DNA of 64,000 nt. Source: Macrostomum lignano (taxonomy: Eukaryota). The notes beneath the pieces are model-generated. The model was not told the origin of the DNA, did no database searches, and saw nothing but the letters and a program-made list of their open reading frames with translations. Location of the stretch: assembly GCA_002269645.1 (NCBI GenBank), contig NIVC01000464.1:274441-338440 (forward strand). Direction: 5' to 3'. Made by a program: the position numbers and the translations under genes. Position 1 is the first letter of the stretch; each line of letters opens with the position of its first letter. Below are positions 51,183 to 62,747 of the stretch, one piece after another.

Positions 51183-51701
51183 ATGTTCTGCAGAAGTATC
51201 ATCAGCCGGACACTTTCGCACTGCCGCTATCGCCCGGCGCCCCTAGCAACCGTTGCTAGGCCAGGATCGTTGCAGCAGAGGCGATGCTACATGGTGCCAA
51301 TTGTAATTGAGCAGGACGGTAGAAATGAGCGAGCCTACGATGTGTACAGCAGATTGCTGAAGGACCGGATTGTGTGTCTGATGGGCCCTGTCAGTCAGGA
51401 GCTGTCCAATGCGGTGATTGCCCAGCTGCTGTTCCTGCAGTCTGACAGTCCAAAGTCCACCATACACGTGTACATCAACAGTCCCGGCGGCTCGGTCACT
51501 GCCGGCTTGGCTATCTACGATACTATGCAGTACGTTGCCAGCCCTGTGGCCACTTATTGCCTTGGCGAGGCCTGCAGCATGGGCTCGCTTCTGCTTCAAG
51601 CTGGCAGTCCAGGGAAACGGTTCGCTTTGCCTAACTCTCGTGTAATGATCCACCAGCCATTGGGATCGGCTGGCGGCCAGGCCACTGATATGCAAATTCA
51701 T
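51183..51701 (+). CDS. CLPP: Mitochondrial ClpP protease, exon 1 (173 codons); remainder presumably beyond the window
   Basis: Arg/Ser-rich presequence, [53 protein letters not shown] (catalytic Ser), MIHQP (catalytic His), then donor CAT|GTGAGC at 51702. Confidence 0.95.
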
Positions 51702-51812
51702 GTGAGCATTCGGGGCTGTAAAGCTACATCATATTTTCTACTCGAAGATATTTACGAGTAGTTGCAATAATCGCCTCTGACTTTCTATGAGCAGACCCAT
51801 TAAATTAGCATC

Positions 51813-54030
51813 TGATGTAACCGCCCTTGTCGCCTGTCCGCTCCGTAGAGAGACGAACGCATGACTAGAGGGGGCAATGACCGTAGGCTGCCTATGACCG
51901 GGCAATGACCTGACGGACCTCCAGCACCAGACTGTCCCGCCCACATGATTAGTAGCTTTGGTAGCGCTTCGTGACCAGAGGGCCAAGGACCCACATGGAC
52001 CCCACCTGTAGCCAAGGTGCAATAGTTGGTCACTCGGTCATAGTATGACCGAGTGGCTGCCACCACTCTATGTGACCTGGCGCACCTGGATCTTTCTACC
52101 AGACCTCTCGAGGCTAGAGCCCCGCCTGGATTGGTTACCAGGGGATTTAGGCTAACAGGGGAGACGCATGCAGCCGAGTACAGGGACTCTGCTTGGGGCA
52201 TGATCGGGAACTCTGGGCTCAATCCTGGAGGATTTCTCAGCAGGGGATCCTTTGTGGCTGTGAGCGAGGCTGACTTGCGACTTTGATTACTAAGAGTAGT
52301 ATGAGGCGAACATGTACTGTCTACAGTTTAGATTGCTCAGGGCGAAGGGACGCGTTAGCATGGGGGTGCAACCTTCCTACTGCCATTCTGTGCCAAGACT
52401 CGCTAATCCCTCTACTGCACGCACACGCGGCCCCGCAGCACGCCCTCACAGGCGGGCTTTGCACGGGGAGAGGCCATTAGCTTACCCAAACTTCCTTATG
52501 CTTTGCCACCCCGGGAGAAAGGCTTAGCAAGCCATGAGTGAAATGATGGTGAAAGATTGAATAATGATGAAGTTAGTTAATAGTTAATAATTAGGCCCTT
52601 AGGCAAATAAGCAGGCAATTAGGCGGCTTCACTATTGAGTAAAATACAGCAAAAGATACGGTATCACAATTGGCTCAGCTCTCTAATCAGACAATGGAAA
52701 ATAGGCAAACCCCGGATAAGCAAAGGCAATTAGAGCACAAATTAGTAGTAGGAACTTACCGGCAGCTGCACAGAGAGAGAGAGAGGCGGAGTGACCGAGG
52801 GCGGCTGTAGGCTGCAGTCAGGCAGACGGTGAAGCGGCGATGCGCTGGAGCGACGAGGCGCTGATGTAGATCAGGCGATGCTGATGATGCGGGGCGGTAT
52901 CAGACCGCTGGCCGATAGGCGAGCTCACTTGGGGAGCTAAGGATAACTTGGCGGTAACAGACCGCGGGCCGGCAGGGATTCGTCTTATAGACGAATGGGT
53001 CAGAACTCAATCTGACAGCAAGTCCAAAGAAGGACGAGGAGAGGAACAGAGATAAACTCAGTTGAGTATTCTCATGCCGAAATCGCTTCCTTTTATAGAC
53101 CTCACAGCCGCCTCCTCAAGGTCGTTACCATGGCTCCCTCTCTCTGATTGGCTGCCGGCAGAATGACGTCAGAATGAGTCATGATGAGAAGCACGAGACC
53201 GGCATAGCAACATGAGAAATCGGGAAATTGCGCAATCCGGAGGTGGGGTGGGGGGATAATTGGCGCAGCGGGTGGTCGCGAAAGTGTTGCGCAAGCAAAC
53301 ATTGAGAACAATAGGGCTGGGGTCGAGAACAAAGGAATTGGAAATCGGGGATAATTGGGGAAAACTGAGAACAATGGAAAAGTAAACATTGGAGAAAAGG
53401 TGATAATTAGGTGCGAAAACGAGAACAAAAGAAAGAGAAAACCGGAGAAAATGTGATAATTGGTGGGGGTCGAGAGAACAAAAGAAGCAAAAACGAGAAC
53501 AATAGAAGCGGAGGTGGGGTGGGTGTCACATGAGAAATTTGGGAAGGAGAACAATAGCGTGAGAAAAGGTTGCGCAAGAGAGGGGGATGAGTCATCGATG
53601 AGTCACCGAGGGGGAGAAGGGGTCACACGACTTGCGTCACCGTTTGGGAGTTTGAGAGGGGATGGGGAGACGGTGAGCACACAAAGTACTGTAAGTAGAC
53701 ACAGGGAAAGAGGGGACAGCGCAGGAAAAGAGTGCAGAGGGAGACAAAAAAAGGGAGGAGGTAGAGAAAGTACAGGAAGAATAGGGCGGGAACAGAAGAG
53801 ATAGGGTAGAGGGGGAGGTACAGAAAGGGGTAGGGGCTCCGGAAAGGCAGGTGTGGCGGCAGGAGAGACGGGACCAAGGCAGCAGGAGGGGTGCAGCAGA
53901 GCGGGAGTCTCCAGGCCCGGGCGGAGACCTGGCCGAGTCTCGACAGCTCTGTGCAGAGGGTGCACGGGATAGGAGGCACTTTCGAAAAAGTTCCCATGCC
54001 CTATCCCGCGACCAGAGCGTGGTTACATCA
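51813..54030 (-). repeat. 3' LTR (2218 bp)
   Basis: 10-bp inverted termini at 51813-51822 and 54021-54030, preceded on the minus strand by a purine-rich tract. Confidence 0.85.
53091..53181 (-). promoter_or_regulatory. LTR core promoter: TATA, CCAAT, CRE and AP-1 motifs
   Basis: Minus-strand TATAAAA (53097-53091), CCAATC (53151-53146), TGACGTCA (53164-53171), TGAGTCA (53175-53181). Confidence 0.65.
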
Positions 54031-54043
54031 CACCCCCACTGCC
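54031..54043 (-). promoter_or_regulatory. Polypurine-tract-like sequence
   Basis: GGCAGTGGGGGTG directly before the 3' LTR start TGATG. Confidence 0.6.
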
Positions 54044-55087
54044 TTTTGTGACGGAACTGGTTCCGTCATCATCACTGCCCAACATGGAACCACACAGACG
54101 GGAGCGGGACTCAACCGAACGTGAAATCACAGAATTAACAAACCGCGAGCGGGAATGGAAAAAGGCGATAAAATAGAGGGGATAGCAATAAATTCACAAA
54201 ACGAGATACATAGGTTGGAGTGCAATACAGAATTTCAAAAATTTCAACTGTTGCTGTGGCTAAAGTGGGAGGGGGGAAACACAGACAGCGCAATAGTAGG
54301 GAGAAAAATAGCGAATTGTCAACAATAAATTATCATAATTGGATAGAAGCGCAGCTGGGAAAGAGAGGAAACGGGGAAGGGTGAGGGAAGTGGGGAAAAA
54401 GAAGGGGGGAAGGGTTGCTAGCACACAGCCAAGGGCAGAGCCTCGGGAGAATGACATTACACAGGGGAAAAATACTAATGCAGCGCAGTAAATTAATAAG
54501 CTAATTTCGCCGGGAGTTCAACCGCACGGAGGCCTAGCGTCCTTGAAGGCTCGGACCCCGCTTCAGCCAGTCAGAGGGCTTCGGGGCGATCGGTTGTAGG
54601 CTGGGAGGCGCCGCGCCGTGCGCTGGCCACTGTATAAAAGGCGCCACTGATAACGGGAGCCGGCTGCCTGCAACCTACACGGAGTCGCAGTTTCCAACCA
54701 AGGCACTCAGCGCGATTTTCCAAACTATACAACTACTCGGTAAGTCCCATCACCAACCTGATTTCCTTTCGCCTATACGTTAAACGAAATCTACCCACTC
54801 GCCATGCCTTTCGTTTTAAACTGAGCCAATTGCAGTAATAATATATGGCCTTTCTTACGGTAAAAGTAGTGAGCAGCCAACACAGAGCCATTTTTAGGAA
54901 TTTTTAGAATAATGACACAACAATGACTCGTATATTGGTTATTAAAGTTTAAAAATGAATATTATGGAAGAACCGAATATTAATAGGATAATTTCACACA
55001 CACACACACGACAAACACACAACGCAAGGGGGCGGAAAGGCGGGTCGGACCGGCCGGCGGACGTCGCTCAGCAGGCAGTCAGCATCC

Positions 55088-56437
55088 TTACTCGAAATGG
55101 GCCTCTTGATTTAGCTGGTACGGGCCATATGCCGCCACCTGAGCCATGGCACTTGCCCATGCTTCCACATAACGTTGGGCTGCCGCGGCCGTGAGCACCA
55201 CTCGGTGCCATCGGCTAGGCAAGATGTCGTTGCGCAGCACGCCCCTCAACTGCGGCAGAGTCGGGATGCCCAGGGCTTGGCATTGGACGACGAAGGCCGC
55301 ATTCCGTACTTGTTGCAGCCGTGTCAGAGTTGGTGCAGACAGGGGCGGCTGCGCGATTGCAAAATGCTGCAAAGTGCCACGGGGCACCTCGGCCAGGCCC
55401 GCGTAGCCGGGCTCAACGTCGCCCAGGGCCGCCAACACCCACCCACAGCGGCGATTGAACCGTTGCGAGAGAGTGGCGGCCCAGGCCACTGTGGCAAACG
55501 GCGCATAGAGGAGGGGCGCAGAGGCCGGCGCGGAGGCCGCAAGAATGCCGTCGTGGATGACGAGAGCCTCTTCCCATTCGGCGCCCTCGCTCAGGAAGCC
55601 CCAGAGCAGCCCTGGCAGGTCCGCAGGAAGCATGCCCCAGCGGCTGGCCAAGCTGGCCAGGCCAATCAATAGCCGGGCTCTCTGGGTTGGTGTCAGTTGT
55701 CTAGTCATCTGAGAGGAGGCTGCGCAGCTGATGATCACCTTCTTGTAGACCGGCCGATCGCAGGTGCTGAAGATTGCTGTGATGGGGGCACAGGACGGCG
55801 GCCGGGCTGTCAGGTGTGATGGTTCCTCATCCACAACCTTGCGGAGGAACTTGGCGGCCTGCCGGACTAGGTCGCCGAGGGCGTATTTGTAGGCGCTCTG
55901 GGCCGCTGCCTCGATGTACATTAACAGCGTATTGTCAACCAATCCCAGCAGGGCCGCTTTTGACAGGATGAGCAGACAGGGCCGGTCCAGGTTGTCGCGA
56001 AGTTGGCGCTCTAGAGTCGCATGCCTGTCCTCGGCCTGGAGTGGGCCATGATAGGACTCAGGCCCGACCCAGTGCACCAGATCCATAGCTGTCGCCGAAG
56101 GTTCGCCAGCCACCTGACCCCAATCGACTTCTTCTCTTTGCAGGGCGATGTCCACACTTCGGCGGCTGTTGGGCAGAACATCACGCAGGCGGCGGGCCGC
56201 CTCGCCGAATTCGGCCGCCAGGTCCGAAATGTCCGCGGTGTCGCCCCCAGCATTGGCCGGGTCGATTGTCTCGTCACCTTCTTCGACCCTGGCGGAGGCC
56301 GCCGCTGGCGGCTCGGGGCCGTCCTCCGCCTCTTGGATGGCGTCACGGGGCCGCTTTCGGCTAACTGGGCTGGCAGGACGCTCAGACGGTAAGCTGGAGC
56401 ATAGCTGAATTCGATTGATGGTAGGCTTCGTGTCCAT
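55088..56437 (-). CDS. Retrotransposon-borne ORF of unknown function (449 aa), possible NLS (RKRPR)
   Basis: Uninterrupted GC-rich ORF, co-oriented with gag, between the protease and the 3' LTR. Acceptor TATCCAG| lies 6 nt before the ATG. No signal peptide or clear transmembrane segment. Confidence 0.75.
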   Translation of the reverse strand: MDTKPTINRIQLCSSLPSERPASPVSRKRPRDAIQEAEDGPEPPAAASARVEEGDETIDPANAGGDTADISDLAAEFGEAARRLRDVLPNSRRSVDIALQREEVDWGQVAGEPSATAMDLVHWVGPESYHGPLQAEDRHATLERQLRDNLDRPCLLILSKAALLGLVDNTLLMYIEAAAQSAYKYALGDLVRQAAKFLRKVVDEEPSHLTARPPSCAPITAIFSTCDRPVYKKVIISCAASSQMTRQLTPTQRARLLIGLASLASRWGMLPADLPGLLWGFLSEGAEWEEALVIHDGILAASAPASAPLLYAPFATVAWAATLSQRFNRRCGWVLAALGDVEPGYAGLAEVPRGTLQHFAIAQPPLSAPTLTRLQQVRNAAFVVQCQALGIPTLPQLRGVLRNDILPSRWHRVVLTAAAAQRYVEAWASAMAQVAAYGPYQLNQEAHFE

Positions 56438-56980
56438 GTCAAGCTGGATAGTTCATAGAATGCTTCAGCGATTGAAGGACAGAATGATTTCTCTGATTGA
56501 TGATTTCCAGCTCTGGCAGGCGTGGGTCTTCTTATAGTGCCGGGGCTGGCTTCCCATTGGTTGAGCACATTGGGAGGCACACCTGCTGCGGCCGGGTCGC
56601 CGTTGGCTTGGGACCGCTCGCTCTAGTCTCCGTGCGCTCTGATTGGCTGGTTCCGCCGCTTCCTGTTTCCTCACCTGTGAGAAGGGGCAGACCCGAGACC
56701 ACCTCCGGTCGCGCCCGCGGCAGATCCGTACTCCAGCCGACAGAGATCGCACTCCCACCTCACATGCACACATTCAGATCAGGCACACAAATTAATTTGG
56801 TTAATATGAATAGAAGAGGGATTTGGGAGATTAGACTCCGGAGGATAAATGATGATGCGGCCCAACTCCCTTCGATTTCTTCCTTCAACGCCACGCGCAC
56901 GCAGTTCTCATCCATGCCTCCGAGACCCTCATAAACTTAACAGCCGAAAGAATTCGAAAGAGGAATTAATCATTAATTTG

Positions 56981-57350
56981 ACTGCCACCAGTTTGATGTA
57001 CTATTATAAAAGAGAAAGGGGAACCTACCACCATCTTGGCGCATTACCAAAGAAAAGAAAAGGAGGATCAGCCACCATTTTGAGAGAGGTTGCTAGGGAA
57101 AACTGCCACCAATTGTACATTAACAGGGAAGAGAAAGAGGGAACCCGTCACCAATTAGAGTGGATTGCCCGGGGAAACTGCCACTATTTGCCCTTCTACC
57201 AGAGGAGAGGAAGACGAAAAACTGCCATCCTTAGAGGTGTATCATTAAAAGAAGGCGGGGAAGAAGGCTACCACTACTTGATCACCTAGAGCTCAAGGGA
57301 AGGAGAGGGAATGAAGAAAGGAAGAAACCCCCAGGAAGGCCACTACCACA
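56981..57350 (-). repeat. Array of 8-9 degenerate LTR-end/PBS-like units (33-46 bp; the last is longer)
   Basis: Plus-strand (A/C)CTGCCACCA-like 10-mers at 56981, 57024, 57068, 57102, 57144, 57177, 57221, ~57267 and ~57342. Each is preceded by a purine tract and followed by 1-3 nt and TG/TA. Confidence 0.75.
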
Positions 57351-58432
57351 CGCCATAAAGTTAAAATCCCCATCTATCTACATCCTAATACCCGGCTAGT
57401 TCCCTACTTCTATTTCATCCCTTAAATTCTCATTTTCAGGATTCCGGCCGCTAGTAGCCGAGCCCATCCTTGAAGAGGAGTCCGACTACGAAGCGCCCGA
57501 AGACAGCCATTCAGAGCCGGACGCCCCTCTGATTCTGGGCCGGCTGCGCCATCTGGTGACATAGGCGCCGCGGCTCCCGGCCATGCGACCGCCGGGCCGC
57601 CAGCGAACCAGCGTCCGGGGCCGGTTGGCATCCGGTACCACCGCCGTTGTCAGCCCGAGCGCACGCTCCGCCGCCGGTCGCCGCGGTGACGCCCGTGGCT
57701 GCCGCTCCACAGCCCTTGCCAACCCCTGTGGTGGAGACCGACGGCTCCTGGCATTTGGTCGTGCTGTCGACGGCCCTAATAGCCGGTCTCACAATGCACT
57801 GGCTACTGCTCTTGGAGCTATTTCTGCGGCTTCCCAACTGCTGATGCTGGTGGTTCTTAATGCTTACTTACTAATTCTGAACTATCTGTCCCCATAACTT
57901 GACTTTAATTACTTACCTGACTTTACATTGACTAAACCACTGGCCTACTCTAAACTAATTGCTGCCCCATTTGCCTGATAAACTTAATTACATTGAATGC
58001 CCCCCCCCCTATTGCCTCATCGAAACCAATTAAAAGTTTCCCAAAATCGGACTTTCACAAAGTGTGAACAAACACACGAAATCAGACCTAAAGGTGCTAA
58101 TTTCCTACGGTCCCAGACTTCCATTGTTCCCAGAAAATCTTAACAGCGGGGCAGGACCTCCTGTGGAGCAGACCCATAGAAATTTTACTAGTTTCCAAGT
58201 TAATATTTACTGATAGGGAATTAACGCATACTGTACGGGCCTAATTTTCGAGCTAAAATCTTAGATATTTAAACAACACCAACGAGCACGAGGTCACAAC
58301 ATAAATTCGAGTAATAGAGGGCATACGTAAATACGCGAAAAGCGGTCTCCAACGGGGCAACACGAGCAAAATTTCGACACGCGAATCGGGGGGGGGAATT
58401 AAGCAATCACTGGCTAGCTACCGATCTGTTAC

Positions 58433-60376
58433 TCAGCGGGGGTCGAATGGGAGACTCACACCTAGCAAGTAAACCTTTTCTGTTCGATAGTCTATGATAG
58501 CATGCGTACTGGCTAGAAAAGCACTACCCAGGAGGGAAACTGCTGCTGAATTGCCAACGACCAGAAAGAGGATTCTCACCTCTTCTAGCCCAATAACTGC
58601 TGTGAGGGTGGCCTGGCCTAGCATCTCTAATTCATTGCCCGTGTAGGACACGGCCTTCACACATGGGGGCTCCAGGGCCTCCACACTCTGTCCGGTAATT
58701 TTAGTAAAGTCTTTGACTGTTAGCAAAGACAGCGCACTGCCCCATCTACCAGGAGGCGGGTGGGAACATTCTCAATTGGCAACTCTACAACAATATCTCT
58801 CCCGCGTTGTCCTCTAGCTGGTCTTGGCTGATAGAAATCGGGTACCTTCTCAAATCTAAACTTCTTGCTGGGCGGACGTGGCAGGTTAAGCTGGGCCCTA
58901 GAGAGGGAACGGGGCTGAGTTCGGGCCGGGCCATTCAGCCCTCCCACGGGTTTCCCGAACCCGGGGCTCTTCAGGCGTGGAAGGAGGAGGCATCAGAGCT
59001 TGCGCGCGCAGCTGGGCGAGCCTCTCCTGCCTCTCCCTGGTAGCCTCGTCTAACATATCTCTGCCCCACTCCTCTAAATCTTGCCTATGGCGATCAGGTG
59101 GCGCACGAAGCTGCAATTGCTGCTGCTGCACACCCGGCGCCGGCGGCGTGGGCGCCTCCTGAATTGCAAGCGGCGGGGGCTGGGGTTGGCGCCAGTTCCT
59201 ACTGCTATTAGAGCCGCCCTGCCCCTGCCTCCAGTTCCTGTTGGGAGTGGCGGGGCGAGGGGGCCTCATCTGCTGGGGCAGCTGGGCAACAGACTCTGCT
59301 GTCGCCTTCATAGTTTCATTGAGCTGCACCAGCTGGTTGCGCAGATCCTTTTGCGTTTGCTCTAGCGCGCCCAACCTCTCTTGCATCTCTGATAGGCCGT
59401 CACCGTCCTCCTCCGTCTCGTCAGCTTCCTGGTTCACCATCCTGACCCACTTGCGAGGGGGCCTGGGTGGCTGCTGAGGTTGCAGACGGACTTCGGTGCG
59501 GGACTCAGACCTGGGCGGGCCACTACTGTCCCATTTCCCGGCTAAGTCTGCGGCTTCTAACAGGGCTTGCTGCTGTTCTAACACCTGCTCAATTGTCTGC
59601 CAGCGACGGCTCAACAGATCTTGTCTGACCTGGCGGGGGAGCTTAGCGTGTTCCAAGTAGGTGTACACGATTTCTTGTTCTCTCTGCTCACCCTGAATCT
59701 GAGGAAACATGGCCGTTATCTGAGATCTTATCATAGCAGCAAAAGCACTATGTGATTGGCCGGGTTTCTGGCTCAGATTCTTCAGCTTATTTCTCTTAGC
59801 CAGATCAGTGTTGGCCTCGCCCAACTGCTCTCCTAATCTAGATACGAACTGCTCAAAGGGCAATTGCCCGTCCAATCCTAAGGCTAAGTTCTGAAATTCA
59901 CCTGGGAGGTGCGAGATGAGCACCTGCTTCCTAGCCTGATCTCCTACAGTTCTCTCCGCGTCCAGCTTGTAGATCATTCTCTCTACCCATTGCACAAAAC
60001 AGTGTTCGCCGGGAGAGAACTTTCTACGTAGATTTTCGGCCTCTGGGCGTCTTGGCCCATGTTTAGCTGGTTAAACGCATTGGCTATAGCGGCAACTAAG
60101 TCTCCTAGCTGCGGGACTGCCTGAGGAGGATTCTGGGCTGCGTCCGGGGAGCAGCGGCGGCTGCTGCGCCACCCTGATTGGGAGCGGGAGCTGCTACTCC
60201 TTCATCTGGTTCCTCAACTACTACTGCTTCTGGAGGCTGAGGGACCTGGTTACCAGCGGCTGCGGCCATTGCGGCTGCGGGGGCGGCAACTGCTGGGGTG
60301 TCAGCGGCCGAGGGTGGTTGACCAGGGGCGTCTGCGCACACAGCTTCTACGACCCTATCTCCACGCGCCGTGACAT
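58433..60376 (-). CDS. gag: gag-protease polyprotein of the LTR element (several single-base frameshifts as assembled)
   Basis: ORFs 60105..60572, 58898..59995 (helical capsid-like region, LKNLSQKPGQSH..F), 58720..58947 and 58433..58726 (LLVD-GGSALSLL...LLGSAFL, retropepsin-like). Stop TGA at 58433 with no RT after it. Confidence 0.7.
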
Positions 60377-62726
60377 GTGAATGCCGGATAGCTGGGGGAG
60401 TACCCACTACCGGGAAGGAAAAGAAAAGAAAACCGGGGCAACTACAGGTAAAGACCGAAAAGTTGATCCGAAACACACAAACACACTCACACAACACAAA
60501 CACAGACAAAACCACACACTTGCGGCGTCGAAGAAAACAAATTGAAAAACGGGTGGCTCCACATAATTCCATTTAGGCAGTCCTAACGGCTTCACTCGGC
60601 AAAGCACACTGACTCAAACTGCGGCTACCACTACCAGTTGTCTATGGCACATCCTGACAGGGAAAAATTGGCTATTCAGAGAGACTTGACCTTCATTTTG
60701 CGGCCATGCTAGGGAACCCAAATGCCGACCGTAAACGGACTTACGGCACCTGTACAAATTCTCCCCTAGGGTTGCGCGCCGGACCCCATTTCCTTAAGAA
60801 AGCTACTACGAAGAAGCGTTGGCGCCTGGACCCAAAAACCCAAGTGGCGGGAGCAATCCCCATGGAGGTCCTCCCACTTTACTGCCCTTGCACAGCCGGA
60901 AAACCGTCGGAGTCCAGTGGGGCTTCCACCTCAGGACTACCAATCTTGTACACGCAGCTTCACAAAAGGCGGGAATCCAGCTCCCCTACGTCTAGCAGAA
61001 TCCACAAAAACCAAGACCTCCCCCTTCTGTTCAGAGCGAAGGCGCGCAGCGGGAGTCCAGACTAAACTGTCCCCGAAGTTTTCAGGTTAGGCGGATTACA
61101 AGCCTGAAACTCTCGCCCGCTTTCCTAGGATAAACAGACCTAAGTGAGTATCTTCCTGAAATGCTTGCCCCTCCGATACTCCACCTTTGCTGCAGCTCGA
61201 AATAGCATACTTGGGACCTTTATCTGATGGCGGAGAAAGTCCTACAGTTGTCAGCCTCTCCACTTTACTGTACTTGAACGCCCGGTTCTACCAGGAGACA
61301 GCGGTACCTCCATCTAGGTTATTCCAAGTTGCCAGAGACGTCAACCCGTCTTATTGACCTTGCGGGGCACTGGGGTGGCACTCTATGTACCGGGGCTTTA
61401 CATTAGGGGACTGCATGCAACCCTGCGTCTAAGCGCTTAGTGGGCTGCAGTGGCCAGAGGGGAAAAGAGTTGCGCAATAGCGCCTTCCTGGGCCAGGCTG
61501 ACAAGTCGGGCAGGAGCGCCGTTCTACCGGGTCGGGCTGATTGGCACACCCACCTCCCCTATCAGACTGACAGCAGGGGGGAGGAATTACTAAAGGAGGA
61601 GAATGCAGCAGGAAACATTACGAGATCACTGGGGGCCACCAGACTTCCAGTACACCATTCCAATACTCACTGAACTCCACTATCAATAGGATACTATGGG
61701 ATCTACTATTTCCAGCCACTGCACCAGCCCAAATGCAACCAAAGCAGTTACTACCGGGTCTGCAATACAGTGGGGAGAGTCAGCAGACACGTTGGGATCG
61801 AATCCCAGCCATGAAGGCACCAGGGGTTACCGCAGAATTCAGGTCCGGGCTGATCGCAGGTATTCCATAGGAGGTGACACTTTTTTTAGCCCGAGATTTT
61901 TGAGTCACACTGATACCCTACAGAGATACAATCACACCGCTATTCCCATTCCTGCGAGACTTTGGTATCCCCCAATGTTTCCAAGGCCATGACTACTGCT
62001 TCCCTTACTATGCATATATAGCGAGTTCCCCATAGCCCTTGATAGCTGTTCATTCTAATGGACAAACAAAACACGCTCCGGTCTCTACGCATTTCTAGGA
62101 TTAACTGAGCGATCAGGGAGAGCGACTGTTACACTCCCCCGAGTAAAAGAAAGAGGTAGGACAAAGGAAAGAAATGCTTCGCTTCCAGCTTCCCTGTGCT
62201 TGCGTGATGAGGCTTCCGTACCTGGCTGGCTGTCCACCTCAACACTCACACAGTTCTGCTGTAGGCTAGGCGAGAGAAAGAAAGGGAGGGGAAATAAAGC
62301 ATATTACCATGAAATAGAAAGTGAGTCCGGAAAATTCACTTTCGCAGTTCTTCACACACTCCGTTACCAGGTAGCTATTCTGATTGTAATCAAATCCGCT
62401 CGTCTACCACTTCACACTTTCTAGCGCTGAAACTGATCGGCTAAATTAATTTTAAATTGAATCAGGGGCTTTTGGCGAATGAATGAATTTGGAAATTTCG
62501 AATGAATTGAACGAATTCGCAGCCCGAAAAATTTGAAAAGTTACATTAATATTTTTGGATTTTGTTGCCTCACGCCATGGGAGAAGAGAATGACGATTGG
62601 CGATTTTTACGATTGGTAGATTTAGACATGGCACTCTTTGCGCTTCGGCCACCATTCTGAGGGATGCCACAGGTGCGCTTGTCACATCTAAACCACCAGT
62701 CCGAAACTCAGCGCTGTTTGCACCAG

Positions 62727-62744
62727 ATCCCACCGCTGCCACCA
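62727..62744 (-). promoter_or_regulatory. Primer-binding site, tRNA-Leu
   Basis: TGGTGGCAGCGGTGGGAT is complementary to the known tRNA-Leu(AAG/TAG) 3' end ATCCCACCGCTGCCACCA. Confidence 0.9.
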
Positions 62745-62747
62745 TTT

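Noticed and set aside
51800-52527. ORFs inside the LTR (repeated at 62708-63459)
   Set aside because: They differ by frameshifts between the two LTR copies and show no recognisable domain.
55088-56437. env gene call for the extra ORF
   Set aside because: No signal peptide, furin cleavage site, fusion peptide or C-terminal transmembrane anchor.
60600-62700. Degenerate pol in the long 5' leader
   Set aside because: Manual translation of much of the region gave only short ORFs without RT, RNase H or integrase motifs. An HMM search is still needed.
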